Part shown: piece by piece, positions 55,828 to 64,000 of the stretch
Position numbering within the stretch: position 1 is the stretch's first letter
Layout of the letters: each line of letters starts with the position of its first letter
Source: Synergistaceae bacterium
Lineage (GTDB): Bacteria; Synergistota; Synergistia; Synergistales; Synergistaceae
Assembly (NCBI GenBank): GCA_012728235.1
Contig: JAAYFL010000016.1
Coordinates: 7,341 to 71,340 of the forward strand
DNA: 64,000 nt
Direction of reading: 5' to 3'
Position numbers and translations under genes: made by a program
Notes under the pieces: model-generated
What the model was told of the DNA's origin: nothing
The model's input: only the letters and a program-made list of their open reading frames with translations
Database searches by the model: none

Positions 55828-57351
55828 ATGTCAGAGAAAACAAAAAGTGAGTCTCAAGTAAAACAACAAAACATGTTGCCTGAAGAAGAGATATTTCGTC
55901 AGCGCAAAGATAAGTTGGCAAGATTGCGTGAAGAAACCGGGTACGACCCTTTTGAGCAAAATTATTGGGAAGTAAAGGATTCATTAAAATATATTAGAAG
56001 TAGTTATGATTCTCTAAAAGAAGAAGAATGGTCAGATGATATTTTAAAAACAGCAGGACGTGTAATGTTGCTTCGTCGTCATGGTAAGACTGCTTTTGCT
56101 TCTTTTGATGATGGCGAAAGCAAGATTCAGCTTTGTTTTCAATTTGACATGTTGGGAGAAGAAAAATACTCTTTTTTTAAAAAATGGGTAGATGCAGGGG
56201 ACTTTCTTGGAATAGAGGGGGTTGCCTTTCGTACACAGCGTGGGGAGCTAACTTTGTCAGTTAAAGATTTTAGAATTCTATCTAAAGCACTTCGTCCTAT
56301 GCCTGAGAAATGGCATGGTTTAAAGGATACTGAAATCCGCTACCGCCAACGTTATGCCGATTTACTTGCAAACCCGGAAGTACGTGATACGTTTCGAAAG
56401 AGGACGAAGATAGTCCAGACAATACGCAAGGTTTTGGATGAACACGATACACTTGAAGTTCATACGCCCATCCTTTCAACTATTGCTGGAGGAGCTAATG
56501 CACGTCCCTTTATCACGCACCACAATACGCTAGACATGGAGATGTTCCTAAGAATAGCACCGGAACTTTACTTAAAACGTTTGGTTGTTGGAATGATGGG
56601 AAGGGTCTACGAGATGGGACCACAGTTTCGTAATGAAGGTATGGGGATAAAGCATAACCCAGAATTTACCTCAATAGAGATATATTGGCCCTACTGCAAT
56701 TACGAAAATATGATGGAGTTGGCTGAAGAAATATTTGTGAGATGCGCAGATGTACTTGGTGGTCGAATAATAAATTACCAAGACACAGAGATTGATTTAA
56801 ACCCACCTTTCCGTAGAGTGTCTATGACGGAACTTGTAAAAGAATATACAGATTTGGATTTCTCAACAATAACTGATGAAGAAGCAAGAAAGCAAGCCGC
56901 TTTAAAGGGATTTGATGTTAAAGAACACAATACTCGTTATGATATTCTCCCGATGTTCTTTGAAACATTTGTAGAAGAGAAACTAATTCAACCAACATTT
57001 GTGACTGGCTATCCCACAGTAATTTCTCCTCTCGCAAAAAGAAATAAAGACAATATCAATCTCACTGATCGTTTTGAACTATTCGTAAATTCATGGGAGT
57101 TGGCAAATGCATTTAATGAGCTTAATGACCCTATTGATCAAAAAACAAGATTCGAAGATCAAGCTAAGAAAAAAGAAGAAGGAGAAGATGAGACTCATCC
57201 GTTTGACGAGGATTTTGTTAATGCACTTGAATACGGATTACCTCCAACAGCTGGAATGGGAATAGGTATAGATCGACTGGTTATGCTTTTAACTGACTCT
57301 AAGAGCATTAAAGATGTAATCCTATTTCCTACAATGAAGCCAAGGGAATAA
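55828..57351 (+). CDS. lysS: lysyl-tRNA synthetase, class II
   Basis: GRVMLLRRHGKTAFA (OB domain), FRNEG, and GLPPTAGMGIGIDRLVMLL (motif 3). Confidence 0.95.
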   Translation: MSEKTKSESQVKQQNMLPEEEIFRQRKDKLARLREETGYDPFEQNYWEVKDSLKYIRSSYDSLKEEEWSDDILKTAGRVMLLRRHGKTAFASFDDGESKIQLCFQFDMLGEEKYSFFKKWVDAGDFLGIEGVAFRTQRGELTLSVKDFRILSKALRPMPEKWHGLKDTEIRYRQRYADLLANPEVRDTFRKRTKIVQTIRKVLDEHDTLEVHTPILSTIAGGANARPFITHHNTLDMEMFLRIAPELYLKRLVVGMMGRVYEMGPQFRNEGMGIKHNPEFTSIEIYWPYCNYENMMELAEEIFVRCADVLGGRIINYQDTEIDLNPPFRRVSMTELVKEYTDLDFSTITDEEARKQAALKGFDVKEHNTRYDILPMFFETFVEEKLIQPTFVTGYPTVISPLAKRNKDNINLTDRFELFVNSWELANAFNELNDPIDQKTRFEDQAKKKEEGEDETHPFDEDFVNALEYGLPPTAGMGIGIDRLVMLLTDSKSIKDVILFPTMKPRE

Positions 57352-57358
57352 TAAAAAA

Positions 57359-59404
57359 ATGGGTGAGTCTAATATCCATAAAAAGAGAGCGGATTTCCTT
57401 AGAGAGCAGCTTAATCGGCATGCTCAGCTCTACTATGAAAAAGATAACCCGGAAATATCAGACAGGGAATACGACAAGCTATTCAGAGAGCTACAAAACA
57501 TAGAAGAGGCCTATCCAGACCTTATTACCCCTGATTCTCCTACGCACAGGATTGGCGGAGAGCCAAGAGTGGGTTTTGTCAAAGTAAAACACGAGATCCC
57601 TATGATGAGTTTAGACAACGCATTTAATCAGGAAGAGGTAATAAGTTTTTATGAGCGATTAGAAAAAATGTTAAGCTTAACATCTCCAAAGGTAACATGC
57701 GAACCCAAAATAGATGGTGTTGCAATATCCTTAGTATACATAGATGGGTTGTTTGTCAGTGGAGCTACCAGAGGAAATGGGTCTGTAGGAGAGGATGTAA
57801 CTGATAATTTAAAAACCGTAAGGACATTGCCCCTTAAACTGTCTGAATTGATCAAAGGACGCTTAGAGGTTCGTGGAGAAGTGTGCATAGACAAAGAAGA
57901 CTTTGTTTTATTAAATGATGCTAGAGAAGAAGCAGGAGAACCGCTTTTTGCAAACCCAAGAAATGCAGCCGCAGGCAGTTTAAGACAGCTTGACTCTAAA
58001 GTAACAGCGACCAGAAAATTAAAGGTATATCTTTATCAAATAATCGACCCCCAAGAAATTGGGGTAAAAAGTCAAATGGAAACCTTCGACAAGTTAAGTA
58101 GGTTAGGCTTACCTATACAGGGGGAACAGCAGCTTTGTAAAAATCTTGGGGAAATAATGCAGTATCTGGACATGTGGTCGGACAAAAGAATTTTACATAA
58201 GATTGACACTGATGGTGTGGTAATAAAGCTGGATAATATAGAGTTAAGAGATGTACTTGGTGTTACGGCTAAAGCTCCAAGATGGTCCATAGCCTATAAA
58301 TTTGCACCGGAAGAAAAACAGACTTTAATTAAAGATATTGAAGTGACGGTAGGAAGAACTGGAACTCTTACTCCCACAGCAGTATTTGAGCCACTTCATC
58401 TTTCTGGAACAATTGTTCAAAGAGCCAACCTACATAATCAGGATGAGATAAATCGAAAAGATATACGAATCGGAGATACCGTTACGGTACATAAGGCTGG
58501 AGAAATAATTCCGCAAGTAATAGGTGTAGATTTTAGTAAACGCAAAGGTGATTCAAAACCCTATTTTTTACCTGAAAGTTGTCCGGTTTGTGGAGCGAGA
58601 ACCCTGCGACTTCCGGGGGAATCTGTTTTGAAGTGTACAAATATTTCTTGTGCAGCTCAAATTAAGGAGCGAATTGTACACTTCGCCTCAAGGCAAGCAA
58701 TGGATATAAAAGGATTAGGCGATAAAATAATAACACAGCTTGTTGAAACAAAAAAAATAGCAAATATTGCAGATATTTACTCCCTCGATGAGCCCTCTCT
58801 AATTGTTTTAGATAGAGTTGAAACAAAACTTGCTCACAATATACTAAAATCAATAGAGAATTCAAAGAATAGGCCGCTTTATGCTCTAATAAACGCCCTA
58901 GGAATTCGCAATGTAGGGGAGAAAATGGCACGTGTATTAGCAGAAAAATTTATGTCTTTGGATAACTTAATGAAAGTGGCGGCCGAAGACGAGAATAAAC
59001 TTGAAAAAATGGACGGAATTGGACCAATAATTGCAAAGTCACTAAGCTCCTTTTTTACTGAACCTCACAATACTGATGTTATAGATAGATTAAGAATGGC
59101 AGGAGTCAATTTAGAGGCAACCGAACATGTTGAAGGCAGAGAAAAGCTTCCTTGGTATGGACAGAGATTTGTGTTAACCGGAACGCTTTCCTCAATGACG
59201 CGAATTCAGGCGACAGAGAGTATAGTGAAATATGGTGGACAGACTACAGAAAACATAAGTAAGAATACGGATTTTATCCTAGTTGGGTCTAATCCTGGCA
59301 GTAAGTATGATAAAGCAGTTGCTCTTAAAATTACAGTGTTAAGTGAAGAAGAATTTATGGAGAGGCTTAATGTTTTTTCTAAACGGAGGGAACCCAGTGA
59401 ATAA
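57359..59404 (+). CDS. ligA: NAD-dependent DNA ligase
   Basis: CEPKIDGVAISL (KxDG), a Zn finger CPVCGA...C..C, HhH motifs and a BRCT C-terminus. Confidence 0.95.
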   Translation: MGESNIHKKRADFLREQLNRHAQLYYEKDNPEISDREYDKLFRELQNIEEAYPDLITPDSPTHRIGGEPRVGFVKVKHEIPMMSLDNAFNQEEVISFYERLEKMLSLTSPKVTCEPKIDGVAISLVYIDGLFVSGATRGNGSVGEDVTDNLKTVRTLPLKLSELIKGRLEVRGEVCIDKEDFVLLNDAREEAGEPLFANPRNAAAGSLRQLDSKVTATRKLKVYLYQIIDPQEIGVKSQMETFDKLSRLGLPIQGEQQLCKNLGEIMQYLDMWSDKRILHKIDTDGVVIKLDNIELRDVLGVTAKAPRWSIAYKFAPEEKQTLIKDIEVTVGRTGTLTPTAVFEPLHLSGTIVQRANLHNQDEINRKDIRIGDTVTVHKAGEIIPQVIGVDFSKRKGDSKPYFLPESCPVCGARTLRLPGESVLKCTNISCAAQIKERIVHFASRQAMDIKGLGDKIITQLVETKKIANIADIYSLDEPSLIVLDRVETKLAHNILKSIENSKNRPLYALINALGIRNVGEKMARVLAEKFMSLDNLMKVAAEDENKLEKMDGIGPIIAKSLSSFFTEPHNTDVIDRLRMAGVNLEATEHVEGREKLPWYGQRFVLTGTLSSMTRIQATESIVKYGGQTTENISKNTDFILVGSNPGSKYDKAVALKITVLSEEEFMERLNVFSKRREPSE

Positions 59405-59735
59405 AAAAATAGTCATGACAAAAGATAAACTTATAGAAGTTTTTGATCTTTCAAAAATCAAATTGCCGTCGGAAGCAGAATTTCAGAAAGTTTTGAATAA
59501 AATTAATGAATTAATTTATATGTGTGATGACATGAGGGATTTGGATTTAACAAAAGTAAACACTTTTGAGTGGGAAATGCACTCTCTGCCTAAAAGAAGG
59601 GAAGATATCCCCCAAATATGGGATAGAAGGGATTCATTTTTAGAAAAGGCACCGGTTTCAGAAGGAGACTTTTTCCGGGTTCCGAGAATTATGGCTCTTG
59701 AAGAAAGCAGCAGTAATGGAGAAATAGATGAGTAG
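59397..59735 (+). CDS. gatC: Asp/Glu-tRNA amidotransferase subunit C
   Basis: The GTG at 59397 lies 6 nt after GGAGGG and overlaps the ligA stop. The GatC-like ending is REDIP...APVSEGDFFRVPRIM. The stop overlaps the gatA start. Confidence 0.8.
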   Translation: MNKKIVMTKDKLIEVFDLSKIKLPSEAEFQKVLNKINELIYMCDDMRDLDLTKVNTFEWEMHSLPKRREDIPQIWDRRDSFLEKAPVSEGDFFRVPRIMALEESSSNGEIDE

Positions 59736-61220
59736 TGTTAATTTTATTAATCTTACAGCTAAAGAGATTACAGATGGAATAATTAATAAGAAATGGACAG
59801 CGAAAGAGATTCTGTCTTCCTTTATCGGACATATAAAAAAGCATGATATGTTCCTTAATTCAATAATAACTTTATCTGAGGAACAGGCTATAGCGGATGC
59901 CACAAGAGTCGATGCAGTTATAGCTAGAGGGGAGAATCCTGGGTTATTGGCCGGAGTTCCATTTTTAGTTAAAGATAATATTTGTACAGAGGGAATCAAA
60001 ACTACATGCGGGAGTAAGATGTTACAAAACTGGGTCCCATTATACGATTCGACAGCCGTCAAGAACATGAGAGAAGCAGGAGCAGTGCTCTTAGGAAAAA
60101 CTAATATGGATGAATTTGCGATGGGTGATACAACCGAAACCTCGTTTTTTGGAAGGACGAAGAATCCTAGGAACATATCATTTATCGCCGGCGGAAGTTC
60201 GGGGGGAAGTGCTGCTCTGTTGCTGCAGGCTTTTGTCCTATAGCTTTGGGAACTGATACTGGTGGTTCAATAAGACAGCCGTCTGCTTTTTGTGGAGTGC
60301 ATGGCATGAAGCCATCATATGGACAGGTTAGCAGGTATGGGGTGGTTGGATACGCATCTTCGTTGGATCAAGTAGGACCAATTACAAGAAGTATAGAAGA
60401 TATGGCTACAGTTATGGATGTCTTGGCAAAGGCGGACACAAATGACTCAACGTGCGATGCTTTTGATAGGCAATCTTTTTCTCTTTTGGGAAAAGGCAAA
60501 CAAGAATTAAAAGGCAAGAAAATTGCGATTCTTTCAGGTTATGATAAAAAATTAGTGGATAAGCAGCTTTTAGAGGCAATAGATCAAACTGTTAAAATTT
60601 GCATAGAGGAGGGGGCCGATGTATTTGAGGTCGAACTTCCTATAGCCCTTAAATATGCGGTGGCTTGTTATAATATAGTAGCTTTTTCAGATGCAAGTTC
60701 GAAATTAGCGTGTTACGACGGAATGAGATATGGCTATCATGAAGATGGGAAGAATCTTTCTGAAATGTATAAAAAAAGTAGAAGTAGTGGTTTTGGAGAA
60801 GAAGTTCGACACAGAATTATTATTGGAACAGCGTTTCTCACCCAAGGCTATTACGAGGAGTACTATATCCCTGCGACCAAAGTGCGTCAGTTGATAGTAG
60901 AGGAATTTATGAATCTATATCAAAAGGCTGACGTTCTTATCTCTCCTGTAAGTCCAACATTGCCCAATAGAGAAGGGATAATAGAAGAGTTAGATGCACA
61001 AAGTTATTTAAAAACCTTTTTTACTTGTATTGCTAACTTAGCAGGTATTCCTGCGTTAAGTTTAAATGTCGGATTTACACCAGAGGGTGTTCCTACTAAT
61101 GTTCAACTTTGTTGCCCGAGGTATGAAGATGGAACTTTGCTCTCAATAGCAACTATCATAGAAAAAAATATTGGTTCTCCTTATGTTGCTGAGCTAATAT
61201 CAGATGAAGGGGTGAACTAA
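59728..61220 (+). pseudogene. gatA: Asp/Glu-tRNA amidotransferase subunit A, interrupted by a 1-nt frameshift near 60216/60217 (true mutation or sequence error)
   Basis: Frame 1 reads ...VPFLVKDNI...GGSSGGSAA then LLLQAFVL-stop. The other frame continues SVAAGFCPIALGTDTGGSIRQPSAFCGV... to the normal C-terminus. Together the two parts give a full-length GatA of about 495 aa. Confidence 0.85.
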
Positions 61221-62677
61221 TGAAAAGACAAGTTGTAATAGGACTTGAAATTCATTTGCAGCTTAAAACAAGAAGCAAGTTGTTTTGTAGTTGTTCGACA
61301 GATTATGTAGGAGCCATACCCAATACAAATGTATGCCCGATATGTCTGGCCGTTCCTGGAACTTTGCCACTTTTAAATGAACTAGCGGTAGAACAAGCGG
61401 TGAAGCTAGGGCTGGCTCTTCACTGTAACATACAAGATCAGACTAGATTTTATAGGAAACATTATTTTTACGCGGATTTACCGAAAGCGTATCAGGTAAC
61501 TCAATATGATCATCCAATTGCTATGGGCGGATATTTAGATATTTTAGTTGAAGGGAAAGAGAAAAGAGTGCATTTGGACCATCTTCACTTAGAAGAGGAT
61601 GCCGGCAAGCTAGTACATCAAACTGCGGACGGTCGTCTTTCCGGTGCTTCACACTCTTTCGTTGACTATAACAGGGGAGGCATGCCTCTCTCTGAAATAG
61701 TTTCAAAACCAGAGATAAATTCTTCAGCAGAGGCAGTTGCATACATAACACAAATTCGTCAACTGGCACGTTATTTAAAAGTTTCTGATGGGGAAATGGA
61801 GTCGGGATCACTTCGTGTGGATGTAAACGTTTCTCTATCAAAAGACGACGGAAGTTTAGGTACGAGAGTAGAAATCAAAAACATTAACTCCTTAAAGTCT
61901 ATTGAAAGAGCCTTAGAGTTTGAAATCGCTAGGCAAAATAGAATCCTTGATGAGGGGGAAGCATTAATTCAAGAAACACGGTTATGGGATGATGCAGTGG
62001 GAGTTACCCGCTCTATGAGGGGGAAAGAAAATGCAAATGATTATCGCTATTTTCTTGAAATGGATTTGGCTCCTATTAATGCCGATATCGAATATGTCGA
62101 AAAAATACGCCATACCCTGACAGAGATGCCTTGGGACAAGAGAAATAGAATCGTAGAAAAATATAAGATATCTTTTGAGGAAAGTCTTTTACTTACGGAA
62201 CAGAAAGAGCTAGCAGATTATTTTGAAGACTGCGTTAAAAATGGGGCTTCTGCCGCAAGGACTTCAAACTGGATACGTACTGAAGTTCTGCGTGTGTTAA
62301 GGGATCAAAAAATAGATATATCAAACTTTCCAATTGCTTCAAAAGATCTTGCAACCCTTATAAAAAAAATAGATAAAAAGGAAATTTCTAATACATTGGC
62401 AAAAGATGTTATGTCAGCCATGTTAGAGAAGAATATGGGGCTAGACAAAGCCTTACACGATTGTGGCGGTGATTCCGGTCGAGTTACAGGAGTCAATCTC
62501 CAGTTAGTTATTAATAAAATTATAGAAACAGAGCCGGAAGCTGCGGAAGTTGTTCGCTCTGGACAAGATAAAAAAGGAGCAAAAATAAAATATCTTCAGG
62601 GCCTTGTTATGCGTGAGACAAGAGGTTCTGCTGATCATCAAGAGGTCATAGATATTCTTAAAAGAACTTTAGAATAG
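61220..62677 (+). CDS. gatB: Asp/Glu-tRNA amidotransferase subunit B
   Basis: VIGLEIHLQL, CPICLAVPGTLP and LEEDAGKL motifs. The start overlaps the gatA stop (TAATG). Confidence 0.95.
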   Translation: MKRQVVIGLEIHLQLKTRSKLFCSCSTDYVGAIPNTNVCPICLAVPGTLPLLNELAVEQAVKLGLALHCNIQDQTRFYRKHYFYADLPKAYQVTQYDHPIAMGGYLDILVEGKEKRVHLDHLHLEEDAGKLVHQTADGRLSGASHSFVDYNRGGMPLSEIVSKPEINSSAEAVAYITQIRQLARYLKVSDGEMESGSLRVDVNVSLSKDDGSLGTRVEIKNINSLKSIERALEFEIARQNRILDEGEALIQETRLWDDAVGVTRSMRGKENANDYRYFLEMDLAPINADIEYVEKIRHTLTEMPWDKRNRIVEKYKISFEESLLLTEQKELADYFEDCVKNGASAARTSNWIRTEVLRVLRDQKIDISNFPIASKDLATLIKKIDKKEISNTLAKDVMSAMLEKNMGLDKALHDCGGDSGRVTGVNLQLVINKIIETEPEAAEVVRSGQDKKGAKIKYLQGLVMRETRGSADHQEVIDILKRTLE

Positions 62678-62863
62678 ATTTGTCTTTAATAAGTAGAAAA
62701 ATAACTAGTACTCATCATATATTATTGACTATTATTCAAGATTAAGGTTATTATCAACAAGTTGTAACTGTTTTTCACCAAAGATTCTGTATACTTAATT
62801 TTACTTATAAATCAATTTATATTTATATATAAAAACACACACAGTTTCAGGAGGAGTGAAATT

Positions 62864-64000
62864 ATGGGGACACGTAAGCCAGAAGATATTCGTAGTATAG
62901 CTCTTATTTCGCACGGAGGCGCTGGAAAGACCTCTCTTAATGAAGCAATTTTGTATAACGCGGAGTTAATTTCTCGCATGGGGAAAATAGAGGATAAAAA
63001 CACCGTTTCAGATTTTGATCAGGAAGAACAAAAAAGAGGTATTTCTATAAGCACCTCCCTTTCAACTGTTCCATACAAAGACAAAACAATGTACTTATTA
63101 GATACCCCCGGGTTTGCTGATTTTGTAGGCGAACAACGTTCAGCTATGAGGGTTGCAGACGGGGCAATCGTGCTTATCAACGCAACGGCCGGAGTTGAGG
63201 TACAGACACAAGCCGTTTGGAATTTTACAGAAACTTTTGAAACCCCTGCAATTTTTTTTGTAAACAAAGTGGATAGAGAGCATGCGGATTTTTATAGTGC
63301 TGTTAAGGACATCCAAGAAAACATATCTGATAAAGCTGTCCCGCTTTATATCCCTATCGGAAAAGAACAGAATTTTAAAGGCATAGTAAATGTGCGTACT
63401 GGTCAAGCTTATATGTACAAAGGTGATGGCAGCAAAGAATTTATAAAAACTGAAGCTCCTGCTGAAATGGCTGAAGAAATAGCAGCTGCTCACAAAGATC
63501 TTGTAGAACGTGTGGTAGAAGCAGACGATGATCTTCTTATGAGATATTTAGAAGGAGAAGATATTTCACCGGATGAAATTAGAGATGTTTTAAGGAAAGC
63601 AGTTTGTTCAAGGGCAATATACCCAATTATACCAGGCTCAGCTACAGCAAATATAGGTGTAGTTCAACTTATGAATATGCTTGTATATTATATGCCTTCT
63701 CCGAAAGATATGCTTAATCGTGCGGCACTAAAAGGAGAAGAGTTAGTTAACATCCCACCTGATGAAAACGAGGCATTCTTAGGTTTTGTTTTTAAAGTAA
63801 TGATTGATCCTTACGTTGGGAAACTATCTTTTGTAAAAGTCTTTTCAGGACGACTTAAAAGCGATCAATTAATCCATAATATTACTCAAGATGAGAGTGA
63901 ACGCGTTGGTTCATTCCGTCAAATGATGGGTAAAGAAAATAACGAAATAAAAGAAATAATTTTGGGAGATATAATTGCTATACCAAAATTAGAAAGCACA
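62864..64000 (+). CDS. elongation factor G paralog (EF-G2-like), 5' part; continues beyond the window
   Basis: Hand translation from the ATG at 62864, after AGGAGG, shows four motifs. They are MGTRKPEDIRSIALISHGGAGKTSLNEAILY, DTPGFADF, FVNKVDRE, and domain II (GFVFKVMIDPYVGKLSFVKVFSG). There is no stop before nt 64000. Confidence 0.85.
   Translation, partial: MGTRKPEDIRSIALISHGGAGKTSLNEAILYNAELISRMGKIEDKNTVSDFDQEEQKRGISISTSLSTVPYKDKTMYLLDTPGFADFVGEQRSAMRVADGAIVLINATAGVEVQTQAVWNFTETFETPAIFFVNKVDREHADFYSAVKDIQENISDKAVPLYIPIGKEQNFKGIVNVRTGQAYMYKGDGSKEFIKTEAPAEMAEEIAAAHKDLVERVVEADDDLLMRYLEGEDISPDEIRDVLRKAVCSRAIYPIIPGSATANIGVVQLMNMLVYYMPSPKDMLNRAALKGEELVNIPPDENEAFLGFVFKVMIDPYVGKLSFVKVFSGRLKSDQLIHNITQDESERVGSFRQMMGKENNEIKEIILGDIIAIPKLEST

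Noticed and set aside
60205-60245. Programmed -1 ribosomal frameshift as an explanation for the split gatA.
   Set aside because: There is no X-XXY-YYZ slippery heptamer at the junction (AGT GCT GCT CTG) and no obvious downstream pseudoknot or hairpin. A simple 1-nt deletion in GCTGCT(G)CT restores the canonical motif.
1-64000. CRISPR arrays, IS elements, transposases, integrases, prophage genes, toxin-antitoxin pairs and known defence systems.
   Set aside because: None was found on either strand. There are no direct-repeat arrays, and every ORF over about 170 aa outside shadow frames has a housekeeping or simple hypothetical assignment.

Overview
Low-GC (roughly 40% by eye) bacterial chromosomal window, almost entirely core metabolism and translation genes in tight, often overlapping operons. 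Gene order left to right is listed below.

- 1-11.9 kb: rsmD (3' end), coaD, tmcAL (minus strand), ackA, yceD-rpmF, then a complete fapR-plsX-fabH-fabK-fabD-fabG-acpP-fabF-rnc lipid operon.
- 11.9-16.3 kb: a pyrR-pyrB-pyrC / pyrF-pyrE cluster behind a leader-peptide plus terminator attenuator.
- 16.3-22.6 kb: an envelope block (degenerate ZnuA-like periplasmic protein, OstA/LptA-like protein, lptB, murJ), then tsaD and cysK.
- 22.7-33.3 kb: a minus-strand de novo purine cluster, purS-purQ-purL, a 458-bp spacer, then purC-F-M-N-H-D-E.
- 33.3-37.1 kb: a looser AT-rich stretch with an orphan hydE, a cytidylate-kinase-like gene and an unknown membrane-anchored protein.
- 37.1-64.0 kb: malic enzyme, lysA, a PQQ-type beta-propeller, lepA-hemW-selA-selB, veg-ispE-purR, a small ferredoxin plus tRNA(CAU), miaB, comEA-comEC, coaX, dus, lysS, ligA, gatC-gatA-gatB, and the 5' part of an EF-G paralog.

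The synteny and regulators (FapR, PurR, PyrR, Veg) look Firmicutes-like. Lpt and BamB-like genes suggest a diderm lineage (Negativicutes, Halanaerobiales or Synergistota-like), but this cannot be resolved from sequence alone.

I saw no CRISPR array, transposase, integrase, prophage or recognisable defence island, and I cannot point to a clear-cut novel multi-gene system.

The most unusual things I can actually read concern glutamine use.
- PurF starts M-S-G-I-F-G, so Ser replaces the catalytic N-terminal Cys. The Arg73 and Asn101 equivalents are also changed.
- PurQ has G-I-S-N-G in place of the G-x-C-x-G nucleophile elbow.
- gatA carries a 1-nt frameshift just after the GGSSGGS amidase signature.

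There is also a PurE lacking the class-I-specific His with no purK in the cluster, and a pyr leader lacking a recognisable PyrR box.
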